Part shown: positions 25,817 through 37,126 of the stretch, in pieces
Numbering within the stretch: the first letter of the stretch is position 1
How the letters are laid out: every line of letters begins with the position of its first letter
Assembly (NCBI RefSeq): GCF_030684315.1
Contig: NC_081355.1
Span: 31,451,141 to 31,515,140, forward strand
Reading direction: 5' to 3'
DNA from: Stegostoma tigrinum
Taxonomy: Eukaryota
Length of the DNA: 64,000 nucleotides
Made by a program: the position numbers and the translations under genes
Notes under the pieces: model-generated
Told to the model about the DNA's origin: nothing
The model's database searches: none
What the model saw: only the letters and a program-made list of their open reading frames with translations

Positions 25817-27571
25817 TATTATCCAGGTCTTCCTGCATTTGAACATGAACTACTTCAGTATCTGAGGATGTGTGAATTGTGCTGAAATTGTGTAGTTATC
25901 GATGAATATCCCCATTTATAACCTTAACATGGAAGGAACGTCATTGATGAAGCAGCTGAAGGTGGTTGGGCTTAGGAACTCCTGAGGAACTCCTGTAGAG
26001 ATATCTGGGAGCTAAGATGAGTGACCTCCAGTAATCATAACCATCTTGTGTGTCAGGTATGATTCCTGCCAATGGAGAGTTTACCTTGATACTCACTGAT
26101 TCATTTTTGTGAGGGTTCCTTATGCCATACATTTGAATATGGCTATTAACTGTCACTGTCTCCTCACCTCTGAAATTCAGCCTTTTGTGTCCATGTTTGA
26201 TCCAAGGTATAATAAAATCAGGAGCTAGCGGGTCAGTAAGCAGGTTATTGCTGAGCAGATGGTACTTGATCGTACTGCTAATGGTACTTTCCATCACTTT
26301 AATGATTGAGAGTAGGCTGATGGTCTGAGTTGGATTTGTCTTGGCTTTTGTACAGAGGATCTACCTAGATGAGTGTCCACTTTATCAGGTGGATGTCAAT
26401 GTTGTATCTGTACTGGAACAGCCTGGCTAAGGGTGTGGCTAATTCAAGAGCACGTCTTCAGTACTATTGCTGGAATGTCAGGGCCAAACAGCCTTTTTAG
26501 TATCCTGTGCCTCCAACTGTTTCTTGATAACACAAGGAGTGAATTGAATTAGCCGAAGACTGGCATCTGTGATGCTGAGGGACCTTTGGAAAAGACTGAG
26601 ATGGATTATCCACTTGGTATCTCTGGCTGAAAATTGTTGTGAATGCTTGAGCGTTATCTTTTGCACCAATATTCCTCCTCCTCTGTTGCAGATGGGGATA
26701 TGCATGGAGCTGCCTCCTCCAATGAGTTGCTTAATCACAAAATGTGTGGCAGGACTGCAGAGCTCAAATCTGATGTGTCAATTCTGGGATTGATTGGCTC
26801 TAACGTGCTGCTTTTGCTGTTTGTCATCAGTTTGTTACCTCATTTTTCGGTATTCCTGATCCTGTTCCTGGCATGACCTCGTACTCTTCATTGAACCATG
26901 GTTGAGCCTTTGGCTTGATGGTACTGGTAGAGGAGCAGGTATGCTGGGTCATGAGATTGCAGATTGTGTTGGACTAAGGTTCTGCTGCTGCTGATGCCCC
27001 TCTATGCTTCATGGATGCACTTCTTGAGTTGCTGGATTGGTTCAATGTCTGTGACATTTAGCATGATGAAAGTCCCGTGCAATGCAAAATAAATTGCGAT
27101 CAGTGTGAAGGCAGGACTTCATGTCCACAATGACTTTGCGGTGGTAACTCATACTGATACTGTTTTGGACAGATCCAACTGTGACAGGTGGTGAGGATGA
27201 GATCAGTTATGTTTTTTCCCTCTTGTTGGTTCTGTCACCACCTGCAAATCCATTCTAGCAGCAGTATTCTTTAGGACTCGACCATCTCGGTCAATACTCC
27301 TGCTGTGTGTGCCTGTTCGTGGTGGATACTGAAATCCTGTGCCCTTGCCGCACTTTGTGCTTCCTTTGTCTTGTTGGAGGAGTGCTGATCCATCAGCCGG
27401 GAGGTGATAAGCAGCAGGTGGTTTCCTTGTACATATTTGACTTGATGCTTGAGACCAATGTTGGGTGCCAATGTTGAGGACTCCTCCCAGGGCACCTCCC
27501 TCCTGTCTGTATTCCACTGTGCCGTCATATCTGCTGGGCCTGTCTTCTTGATGTGACAGGACGTGACCAGA

Positions 27572-27594
27572 GATGATGATGATGATGATGATGA
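27572..27594. repeat. (GAT)7 microsatellite
   Basis: gatgatgatgatgatgatgatga. Confidence 0.9.
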
Positions 27595-29074
27595 GGGTGG
27601 AGTCTAAAAGGTATGATTCTGTGAATAGCTGAGCATTCAGTGACACATTAATTTCTTCCTTTTTTTTGAATTATAGTCAACCAAGAATTTGCATTGTATA
27701 GTGCTTTTAACGTTGTAAAATACTTGCAATATTTTACTGAAACACTATCAGAAAAATGATGACGCAAAATTTGAGTAGAGGTTTTAGAACAGATGACCAA
27801 AATTTTGATCAATAAAGTAGGGTTTAAACAGAATCTTAAGGGAGGAAGAGTGGTAGAAAGGCAGAGAAGAGTGCAAGAGATTTAAGATCTCAGTAACTGA
27901 GGGCATTACCACCAATAGCGGACTAATTTTAAAGTTGGAGATGCACATAAGGCTAGATATGAAGAAGAACAAAGATCTCAAAATTGTGTGGCTAGAGGAA
28001 TAAACACCTTGTATTGCTTTACATAAAGACAGAGTGGAGTCTAGACAAGTGTTTCTGCTTTTCAAAAAACTATTCATGTAAATGAGTCTTGCTGTTGCCT
28101 GTCTGTGTTTAACTTTGCTCACTTTGTGTATGCTAGTTAATTTCTCCCTGCATTCTAGTCAGTCTGTATTTTACAGACATGGAGCATTTTGGCAAAACCT
28201 CCAAATTGTTGTGGTCAGTGGATGCAATTTCTGATCCTTCCCAACCCATGCAAGCTAATCTAGAATGGTACATTATTTAAATTCTGTTTGCTTTACATCA
28301 CATGTAGTAAATGTAACTTGACAGGAGGGGGAAAATGTGACTTTAGACCTAAGGTTCCTATAGTCTCCCTCGTATCATTTCTGGATTTGTGGGAGACTGT
28401 TTGACAGAGAATGACTGCAGTTGGTTTGGTGACGACACTATTGTCATTAACTACTGAGGTGACAGGCCAATCAATTGGCCTTGATAATTCTGGAAGAGAA
28501 ATTTCTTTATTCCTTCGCACTGCATTGTGCTAAAGAGATTTTCTGACACACATCAGTGTGATACATCAGTACAGTTATGTTCTTCAGCCATATAAGATCT
28601 TAAACTTCTTGAATCTAATGATTTCCAAAGTCGTCTTTATCATAGAATGGCTACAATAAAGAAAGACGTCATTTTAGCCAAATGTCCATATCAGCTTTCT
28701 GCAAGAGAAACTCAGCTAGTTCCATTTCCCTGCTTTTTATCTTTAACTCCATCTATCTTATTTTTCTCTTTTCTTCTGTTAGTTATCCAATTCCCTTTAT
28801 GAATTTGCCACCGCTACGCGCTCAGGCAGTTTATTCCAAATCCTAACTACTTGTCAAGTCAGATATGTTTTACCTTCTTTCACCTCTGAATCATTTGCTA
28901 ATCATCTTAAATCATGTTTTCTGATTGTCAACCCTTCCTCCAATGTGAAGTATTTTTCCGTACCCATACTGTCTTGAACCTTCATGATTTTGAACATTTC
29001 TGTAAAATCTCTTCTTCTTATGAAAGAGTGGAGATATAGGACAACTTTCCCCTTCTCGTCTTTTGACTAATATA

Positions 29075-30560
29075 GCAAATAGAAGTAGGCCATTTGGCCC
29101 TTTAAGCCTGCTCCATCATTTGTTATGAACATGGCTGATCATCCAACTCAGTGGCCTGTTTCTGTTTTTCCTCCATATTCATTGATAACTTTAGCCCTAA
29201 GTCCTCTTCCCAACTCCTTATTGAAATTATATCATGCTTTCACCTCAACTGCTTTCTGTTGAGGCCGATTCCACAGGCTGGCTGGTGTGTGGATGAAGAA
29301 GTCTCCCTTATTCTCATTCCTCAGTGGTTTATCTGTATCTTGACTGTGACCACTGGTTCTGGATTCCACCACAACCTGGAGCATTGTTCTTGTATCTGTC
29401 TTGTCAAGTTCATTTAGAATCTCATAGCTTTCTATGAGATTCTCCCTCTTTCTTCTGAACTCTAGCTAGTATAATCCTCACTTTTATATCATTAATATGT
29501 GTTGTGAATAGGTAGGATCCTACCATTGATCTTAGTGTTATCCAATAGTTATTGCCTGCCATTTGGAAAAAGGCCCATTTATTCCTCTCTTTTGTTACCA
29601 ATTTGCTGACCAGTTTTCTATCCACTTCAATCCACTACCCCCAGTTCCATGCTCTTTAATTGTACATGCTAATCTTTTTTATGTGGGACTTTGTCAAAAG
29701 CTTTCTAAAGTCCAAATAAACCTCTTCCACTGATTTCCTTGCATCAACTCTACTAATTACATCTCTCAAAGCACTCCAGTAGATTTGTCAAGCATAAATT
29801 CCCTTACATAAATCCTATTCAATTCTGCCACTCTTTTCTAAATGTTTAACTCTTAAAATCTTTTACAATAAGTTCCAGCATTTTCTTCATGATAGACATC
29901 AGGCTGACTGGTTTATAATTGGTTTTTTTCTCTCTACCTCACTTTTTAAATAGAGTGGTTACATTAGCTGCCCTCAAACGTGTAGGAACTGTTTGAGTCT
30001 ACAGAATTGTGGAAGATGACCAGTGATACATCCACAACATCTAGAGCTACTTGCTTATATACTTGGAATGTAGATTGTCAGGCCCTGGGGACTTGCTGGT
30101 CTTCAAATCCATCAAAGCATCATTTTTCAACTCATCCTAATTTGCTTCAGTTGCTCTGAATCTCCAAACCGTGTGTTCCCCAGCATTTCTGGTTTGTTAT
30201 TTGTGTCCTCCTTTGTGAAGATGCAACAAAAGCATATGTGTAGTTGGCAAAAAAAACCCAAAAGAACTGCAGATGCTTGAAATCTGAAATAGGAACAGAA
30301 ATTGCTGGAAAATCTTAGCAGGTCTGGCAGCATCTGTGGAGAGAAGTCAGACCTGAAGAAGGGTCACTGAACCCGAGACGATAACTAATTTCTCTCCACA
30401 GATGCTGTCAGACATGCTGAGATTTTACAGCGATTTCTGTTTTTATATATGCAGATGGTCAGCCATTTCTCGGTTCCACATTATAATTTCTCCTGTTTTT
30501 GACTGAGAGACCTACGTTCATGTCTGTCCATCTTTTTCTCTTCATATACCTATAGCCCGC
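29075..30560 (-). mobile_element. Decayed, internally deleted CR1-like LINE hosting the 30250 hairpin
   Basis: gaagtaggccatttggccctttaagcctgctcc 3' end; gggactttgtcaaaagctttc (reverse of KAFDKVP). Confidence 0.7.
30250..30445. mobile_element. Short inverted PLE-like insertion, older family, decayed hammerhead in loop
   Basis: aacagaaattgctggaaaatcttagcaggtctggcagcatctgtggagagaa pairs with ttctctccacagatgctgtcagacatgctgagattttacagcgatttctgtt; loop ctgaagaagggtcactgaacccgagacgat; left tail. Confidence 0.75.
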
Positions 30561-31500
30561 TGACTGTAAATGTTTCTAACTTGCTCACAATGTTTTCCCT
30601 CCAACGTGCTCCTTGAATGCATAACAGGCTTTCTTGTAAGTTTAAATGCAAAGATAGGATAAGTGATTCTGTTGCACGATGCCCAAAATGTAATCACAAC
30701 AAATGCTCGCTCCTCATCCACCGAGACACATACAAAGGTGGATGGTCTCTAAGGTACGTAACATGCACTTTGACTTTCAGGACTTGAAAAAGAAATCTGT
30801 TATACCTGTTTCTCCAGTATGATTGCCGGAATGCTTGTAGGCCAGAACATTGCCAGTTCACTAAATTAGATGCTGAAAATGTCAGGTGATGAATTTTCAG
30901 TAGTTTGATTTGAAGTAAGAGCAGGAATCTGGTTTTTCCAGCTGAAGATGTGGTTCAGCTCCTTTTTTAAAAAACGATAACCTGCAGGTACAATCAAACA
31001 GCTCCACTTCTGTGCCTGAGTTGACGACTTCTTCGAGGCAAGATCTCTATCTGTGTGTCTGTATCTCTCTCGCTCTCTTGCTTTGGGGTACATAACCCAG
31101 ATTGACATGCCCTGGCCCATCCTTGTAAATTAGTTAGGTAGGTCCAAGTGTTCCCCCTCATAAGCAAGTTTCTATCATGTGACAAAAGTAATGATGTTTT
31201 TCCGTTAACTAAGCATTGAGTGGATTTACCACAAATTGGCAGATGTTTAGTACAATTCATATCTGCTTTTGGTTGTGACTGTTTTATGCCATTCTTTGTT
31301 AGATGCAAGTTTGCTCGTATCAAGTCTGAAATGCTTATTTTATTTGAGTTTTGGCAATGAGGCAACAGTAGCTGTCAAATTTAAAGTATTTAATTTGAAC
31401 AGAGATAATGGGAACTGCAGATGCTGGAGATTCCAAGATAATAAAATGTGAGGCTGGATGAACACAGCAGGCCAAGCAGCATCTCAGGAGCACAAAAGCT

Positions 31501-31528
31501 GACGTTTCGGGCCTAGACCCTTCATCAG
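31501..31528 (-). ncRNA. Minimal hammerhead ribozyme motif (left arm)
   Basis: Reverse complement of ctgatgaagggtctaggcccgaaacgtc. Confidence 0.7.
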
Positions 31529-31752
31529 AGAGGGGGATGGGGGGAGGGAACTGGAATAAATAGGGAGAGAGGGGGAGGCGGACCGAAGATGGAGAGCAAA
31601 GAAGATAGGTGGAGAGGGTGTAGGTGGGGAGGTAGGGAGGGGATAGGTCAGTCCAGGGAAGACGGACAGGTCAAGGAGGTGGGATGAGGTTAGTAGGTAG
31701 CTGGGGGTGCGGCTGGGGGTGGGAGGAAGGGATGGGTGAGAGGAAGAACCGG

Positions 31753-33412
31753 TTAGGGAGGCAGAGACAGGTTGGACTGGTTTTGGGATGCAGTGGGTGG
31801 GGGGGAAGAGCTGGGCTGGTTGTGTGGTGCAGTGGGGGGAGGGGATGAACTGGGCTGGTTTAGGGATGCAGTGGGGGAAGGGGAGATTTTGAAACTGGTG
31901 AAGTCCACATTGATACCATATGGCTGCAGGGTTCCCAGGCGGAATATGAGTTGCTGTTCCTGCAACCTTCGGGTGGCATCATTGTGGCAGTGCAGGAGGC
32001 CCATGATGGACATGTCATCAAGAGAATGGGAGGGGGAGTGGAAATGGTTTGCGACTGGGAGGTGCAGTTGTTTGTTGCGAACTGAGCGGAGGTGTTCTGC
32101 AAAGCGGTCCCCAAGCCTCCGCTTGGTTTCCCCAATGTAGAGAAAGCCGCACCGGGTACAGTGGATGCAGTATACCACATTGGCAGATGTGCAGGTGAAC
32201 CTCTGCTTAATGTGGAATGTCATCTTGGGGCCTGGGATGGGGGTGAGGGAGGAGGTGTGGGGACAAGTGTAGCATTTCCTGCGGTTGCAGGGGAAGGTGC
32301 CGGGTGTGGTGGGGTTGGAGGGCAGTGTGGAGCGAACAAGGGAGTCACGGAGAGAGTGGTCTCTCCGGAAAGCAGACAGGGGTGGGGATGGAAAAATGTC
32401 TTGGGTGGTGGGGTCGGATTGTAAATGGCGGAAGTGTCGGAGGATAATGCGTTGTATCCGGAGGTTGGTAGGGTGGTGTGTGAGAACGAGGGGGATCCTC
32501 TTGGGGCGGTTGTGGCGGGGGCGGGGTGTGAGGAATGTGTCGCGGGAAATGCGGGAGACGCGGTCAAGGGCGTTCTCAATCACCGTGGGGGGGAAGTTGC
32601 GGTCCTTAAAGAACTTGGACATCTGGGATGTGCGGGAGTGGAATGTCTTATCGTGGGAGCAGATGCGGCGGAGGCGGAGGAATTGGGAATAGGGGATGGA
32701 GTTTTTGCAGGAGGGTGGGTGGGAGGAGGTGTATTCTAGGTAGCTGTGGGAGTCGGTGGGCTTGAAATGGACATCAGTTACAAGCTGGTTGCCTGAGATG
32801 GAGACTGAGAGGTCCAGGAAGGTGAGGGATGTGCTGGAGATGGCCCAGGTGAACTGAAGGTTGGGGTGGAAGGTGTTGGTGAAGTGGATGAACTGTTCGA
32901 GCTCCTCTGGGGAGCAAGAGGCGGCGCCGATACAGTCATCAATGTACCGGAGGAAGAGGTGGGGTTTGGGGCCTGTGTAGGTGCGGAAGATGGACTGTTC
33001 CACGTAACCTACAAAGAGGCAGGCATAGCTGGGGCCCATGCGGGTGCCCATGGCCACCCCCTTAGTCTGTAGGAAGTGGGAGGAGTCAAAAGAGAAGTTG
33101 TTGAGTGTGAGGACGAGTTCCGCTAGGCGGATGAGAGTGTCGGTGGAGGGGGCCTGGTCGGGCCTGCGGGACAGGAAGAAGCGGAGGGCCTTGAGGCCAT
33201 CTCCATGCGGAATGCAGGTGTACAGGGACTGGACGTCCATGGTGAATATGAGGTGTTGGGGGCCAGGGAATTGGAAGTCCTGGAGGAGGTGGAGGGCGTG
33301 GGTGGTGTCACGGACATAGGTGGGGAGTTCCTGGACCAAAGGGGAGAAAATGGAGTCCAGATAGGTGGAGATGAGTTCGGTGGGGCAGGAGCAGGCTGAG
33401 ACGATGGGTCGA
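31753..33412 (-). CDS. 5'-truncated PLE reverse transcriptase + GIY-YIG endonuclease (left arm)
   Basis: RPIVS, TMDVQSLYT, GVAMGTRMGPSYA, RYIDD, CNRRKCYTC linker, VVYCIHCTRCGFLYIGET; no stops; no native start. Confidence 0.9.
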
Positions 33413-33413
33413 A

Positions 33414-35165
33414 CCCACACCCACAGCCTCCAACCTCATTGTTCCCCAACCCCGCACAGCCCGTTTCTATCTCCTTCCCAAAATCCACAAACCTGCCTGC
33501 CCTGGTCGACCCATCGTCTCAGCCTGCTCCTGCCCCACCGAACTCATCTCCACCTATCTGGACTCCATTTTCTCCCCTTTGGTCCAGGAACTCCCCACCT
33601 ATGTCCGTGACACCACCCACGCCCTCCACCTCCTCCAGGACTTCCAATTCCCTGGCCCCCAACACCTCATATTCACCATGGACGTCCAGTCCCTGTACAC
33701 CTGCATTCCGCATGGAGATGGCCTCAAGGCCCTCCGCTTCTTCCTGTCCCGCAGGCCCGACCAGGCCCCCTCCACCGACACTCTCATCCGCCTAGCGGAA
33801 CTCGTCCTCACACTCAACAACTTCTCTTTTGACTCCTCCCACTTCCTACAGACTAAGGGGGTGGCCATGGGCACCCGCATGGGCCCCAGCTATGCCTGCC
33901 TCTTTGTAGGTTACGTGGAACAGTCCATCTTCCGCACCTACACAGGCCCCAAACCCCACCTCTTCCTCCGGTACATTGATGACTGTATCGGCGCCGCCTC
34001 TTGCTCCCCAGAGGAGCTCGAACAGTTCATCCACTTCACCAACACCTTCCACCCCAACCTTCAGTTCACCTGGGCCATCTCCAGCACATCCCTCACCTTC
34101 CTGGACCTCTCAGTCTCCATCTCAGGCAACCAGCTTGTAACTGATGTCCATTTCAAGCCCACCGACTCCCACAGCTACCTAGAATACACCTCCTCCCACC
34201 CACCCTCCTGCAAAAACTCCATCCCCTATTCCCAATTCCTCCGCCTCCGCCGCATCTGCTCCCACGATAAGACATTCCACTCCCGCACATCCCAGATGTC
34301 CAAGTTCTTTAAGGACCGCAACTTCCCCCCCACGGTGATTGAGAACGCCCTTGACCGCGTCTCCCGCATTTCCCGCGACACATTCCTCACACCCCGCCCC
34401 CGCCACAACCGCCCCAAGAGGATCCCCCTCGTTCTCACACACCACCCTACCAACCTCCGGATACAACGCATTATCCTCCGACACTTCCGCCATTTACAAT
34501 CCGACCCCACCACCCAAGACATTTTTCCATCCCCACCCCTGTCTGCTTTCCGGAGAGACCACTCTCTCCGTGACTCCCTTGTTCGCTCCACACTGCCCTC
34601 CAACCCCACCACACCCGGCACCTTCCCCTGCAACCGCAGGAAATGCTACACTTGTCCCCACACCTCCTCCCTCACCCCCATCCCAGGCCCCAAGATGACA
34701 TTCCACATTAAGCAGAGGTTCACCTGCACATCTGCCAATGTGGTATACTGCATCCACTGTACCCGGTGCGGCTTTCTCTACATTGGGGAAACCAAGCGGA
34801 GGCTTGGGGACCGCTTTGCAGAACACCTCCGCTCAGTTCGCAACAAACAACTGCACCTCCCAGTCGCAAACCATTTCCACTCCCCCTCCCATTCTCTTGA
34901 TGACATGTCCATCATGGGCCTCCTGCACTGCCACAATGATGCCACCCGAAGGTTGCAGGAACAGCAACTCATATTCCGCCTGGGAACCCTGCAGCCATAT
35001 GGTATCAATGTGGACTTCACCAGTTTCAAAATCTCCCCTTCCCCCACTGCATCCCTAAACCAGCCCAGTTCATCCCCTCCCCCCACTGCACCACACAACC
35101 AGCCCAGCTCTTCCCCCCCACCCACTGCATCCCAAAACCAGTCCAACCTGTCTCTGCCTCCCTAA
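33414..35165 (+). CDS. 5'-truncated PLE reverse transcriptase + GIY-YIG endonuclease (right arm including spacer)
   Basis: Spacer continues the frame upstream of the listed ORF: PTASNLIVPQPRTARFYLLPKIHKPACPGRPIVS; remainder identical to left arm. Confidence 0.9.
   Translation, partial: PTPTASNLIVPQPRTARFYLLPKIHKPACPGRPIVSACSCPTELISTYLDSIFSPLVQELPTYVRDTTHALHLLQDFQFPGPQHLIFTMDVQSLYTCIPHGDGLKALRFFLSRRPDQAPSTDTLIRLAELVLTLNNFSFDSSHFLQTKGVAMGTRMGPSYACLFVGYVEQSIFRTYTGPKPHLFLRYIDDCIGAASCSPEELEQFIHFTNTFHPNLQFTWAISSTSLTFLDLSVSISGNQLVTDVHFKPTDSHSYLEYTSSHPPSCKNSIPYSQFLRLRRICSHDKTFHSRTSQMSKFFKDRNFPPTVIENALDRVSRISRDTFLTPRPRHNRPKRIPLVLTHHPTNLRIQRIILRHFRHLQSDPTTQDIFPSPPLSAFRRDHSLRDSLVRSTLPSNPTTPGTFPCNRRKCYTCPHTSSLTPIPGPKMTFHIKQRFTCTSANVVYCIHCTRCGFLYIGETKRRLGDRFAEHLRSVRNKQLHLPVANHFHSPSHSLDDMSIMGLLHCHNDATRRLQEQQLIFRLGTLQPYGINVDFTSFKISPSPTASLNQPSSSPPPTAPHNQPSSSPPPTASQNQSNLSLPP
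35042..35150 (+). repeat. 39-nt tandem repeat x~3 at the PLE ORF C-terminus
   Basis: ccccactgcatccctaaaccagcccagttcatcccctcc; PTASLNQPSSSPP/PTAPHNQPSSSPP/PTASQNQSNL. Confidence 0.85.
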
Positions 35166-35389
35166 CCGGTTCTTCCTCTCACCCATCCCTTCCTCCCACC
35201 CCCAGCCGCACCCCCAGCTACCTACTAACCTCATCCCACCTCCTTGACCTGTCCGTCTTCCCTGGACTGACCTATCCCCTCCCTACCTCCCCACCTACAC
35301 CCTCTCCACCTATCTTCTTTGCTCTCCATCTTCGGTCCGCCTCCCCCTCTCTCCCTATTTATTCCAGTTCCCTCCCCCCATCCCCCTCT

Positions 35390-35417
35390 CTGATGAAGGG
35401 TCTAGGCCCGAAACGTC
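35390..35417 (+). ncRNA. Minimal hammerhead ribozyme motif (right arm)
   Basis: CTGATGA 35390-35396, stem II gggt/gccc, GAAAC 35410-35414, palindromic ACGT, predicted cleavage after GTC (35417). Confidence 0.72.
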
Positions 35418-35732
35418 AGCTTTTGTGCTCCTGAGATGCTGCTTGGCCTGCTGTGTTCATCCAGCCTCACATTTTATTATCTATTTAATTTGAACATTTG
35501 TTTGTTGTGAAAATATTGAAGACAGAGAATAAAGGCAGTTTGATTGGCATTTATAACCTCCAATATTTGTTAAACCATTATTTGTGAGATTTTAAATTGC
35601 TTGGAGTAAGAAGTTTCAATTTGAGGTGGCCATTTTGATACTATGTACTCCTAACAATTAAAATTTGAAGTGTTTTTAGTTTTGTTGAATCCTGTGCTCG
35701 GTCCATTCTCATTTACTTTTCTTCTGACCTAG

Positions 35733-35884
35733 ATGAGGAGCAACTTTAGACATTACTTCCTTTCTTCCAGGATGATGAAAACTGTCTATGATATTATTAC
35801 TTGGGTTTCTACTCAACTGGCCCTCTGCTATATAGTAACACCTTTCCTCCTCCTGGGTGCAGAACCAACAATCAAATTCTACAA
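35733..35884 (+). CDS. MBOAT1: MBOAT1-like exon, 152 nt, MRSNFRHYFLSSRMMKTVYDIITWVSTQLALCYIVTPFLLLGAEPTIKFY(K)
   Basis: cctag| acceptor, |gtaagt donor; RHYFLSS...YD..TW..TQLA conserved. Confidence 0.95.
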
Positions 35885-36532
35885 GTAAGTAGACCGATTG
35901 TCTGATTTTATTTATTTGTCCCCAAGCAACAAAACTAAGCATTGAAGTTAGTCAGAAGTTGTACCTGCAAACATCATCTTCACATCGGGAGAATTTTTCC
36001 GTCTGCAGCATTCTCCAGAAGAAGTGTACGCAGTTGTAAATTTAGTTGCTAAAATAGACAGCCATTATTCATTGCTCCTTGAGTAGTATGATGGTTCAGT
36101 TTGGTGCATAACAGAAGTGAAACCTAGATAGGTAATCGAGTAACAGTTTGTCTTAGTATTGTTAATTGTTTTCGGGGTGCAGTTGCTCTTGGTAGGTGGT
36201 GGTGAGTTACTATAGTGATGGGGCTAAGTCCTTTAGGAGTTTCACTGCCACCAAACCTTGCTGGCCATAGTCTGATATCATGTGGGGAAGGATACTCACT
36301 TGAAATCTTTGGCAAGAGATGTACTTAATCATTATGAAAAGTAAACATTCATTGCATGCATTTTAATAGTTGGTTACATTACATCTCGGATGTATGATTG
36401 CTGCTTGTGAGATATCAGACTAAACTTAAGGATAAATTCCCTTTATTCCTACTACTACTACTGACATTATCGTACTGCATTGACAGCAACATAGAATTGG
36501 TTATCTCCTCCCAGAATTCCTTTGTAGCCTTA

Positions 36533-36722
36533 TAAAAGCAAAATACTGTGGATGCTAGAAATCTGGAACAGAAACAGAAAATACTAGAGAAACAACAGGT
36601 CTGGCAGCAACTGTGAAAAGAATAACAGAGAAATTCAGCTAAGTTACAAAATGTTAACTGTTTCTCACTTCACACATACTGCCAGAACTGCTGAGTTTCT
36701 CCAGCACTTTGTTTGTATTTCT
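36533..36722. mobile_element. Short inverted PLE-like insertion, older family
   Basis: Left tail aaaagcaaaatactgtggatgctagaaatctg; caggtctggcagcaactgtgaa pairs with ttcacacatactgccagaactgctgagtttctccag. Confidence 0.65.
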
Positions 36723-37126
36723 TTATATCCTGATGGGTAGCGCTTAGAAAGTGGCATCACAATACATCAACTACTAACTACCCTCTTTAACATCTTGAGG
36801 CAAGCGGTTTTCGAGATTATTTTATTTTTACAATTATTTCAAATAAATAATGTGAACTTAATAAAACTCTGTGTTTGACTTTGTAAATAATTGATTATTT
36901 GGCTTTAAACTCTACTGCTTGAGGACAAAGTATCCAAGTACAGCCCGTTGCCACAATGGAATCTTGGTAGATCTTTAATCCCAGATGCTCTTTGCTAAGC
37001 ATGTCCTCTGGTATCAGTGTTGCTGTGGAGGTTTGTTTCCTTTTGGAGGATCTTTAGTTCCCCGAATTTGTGCCAGAGAAGATAGTGTGTTTCTAATCTA
37101 ATTCTTTTTTGAATTCTTTTGGTTAA

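Larger units (their letters stand above)
23970..27570 (-). mobile_element. Decayed CR1/L2-group LINE interrupted by the PLE insertion at 24570-25816
   Basis: RT remnants MESTISSTIKYHLLSNNLLTD, IQFTPCVIKKQLEAQDTKKA; homologous to 48600-49800. Confidence 0.7.
31402..35481. mobile_element. Young Penelope-like element (Neptune-type) inserted as a 4080-bp head-to-head inverted repeat
   Basis: Arms 31436-33412 and 33506-35482 (1977 bp), 93-bp spacer, 34-nt left tail; TSD tatttaatttgaaca at 31387-31401 and 35482-35496. Confidence 0.96.

Noticed and set aside
31772-35146. Many 60-135 aa overlapping ORFs inside the palindrome
   Set aside because: Alternate-frame and antisense shadows of the GC-rich PLE ORF, mirrored exactly on both arms
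35042-35150. CRISPR-like repeat array
   Set aside because: Contiguous coding tandem repeat without unique spacers, in eukaryotic DNA
31402-35481. DNA transposon with long TIRs, or pure assembly artefact
   Set aside because: The arms encode RT/GIY-YIG rather than a transposase; the exact TSD, asymmetric tail, in-frame spacer and smaller diverged analogues argue for a real insertion (read check still advised)
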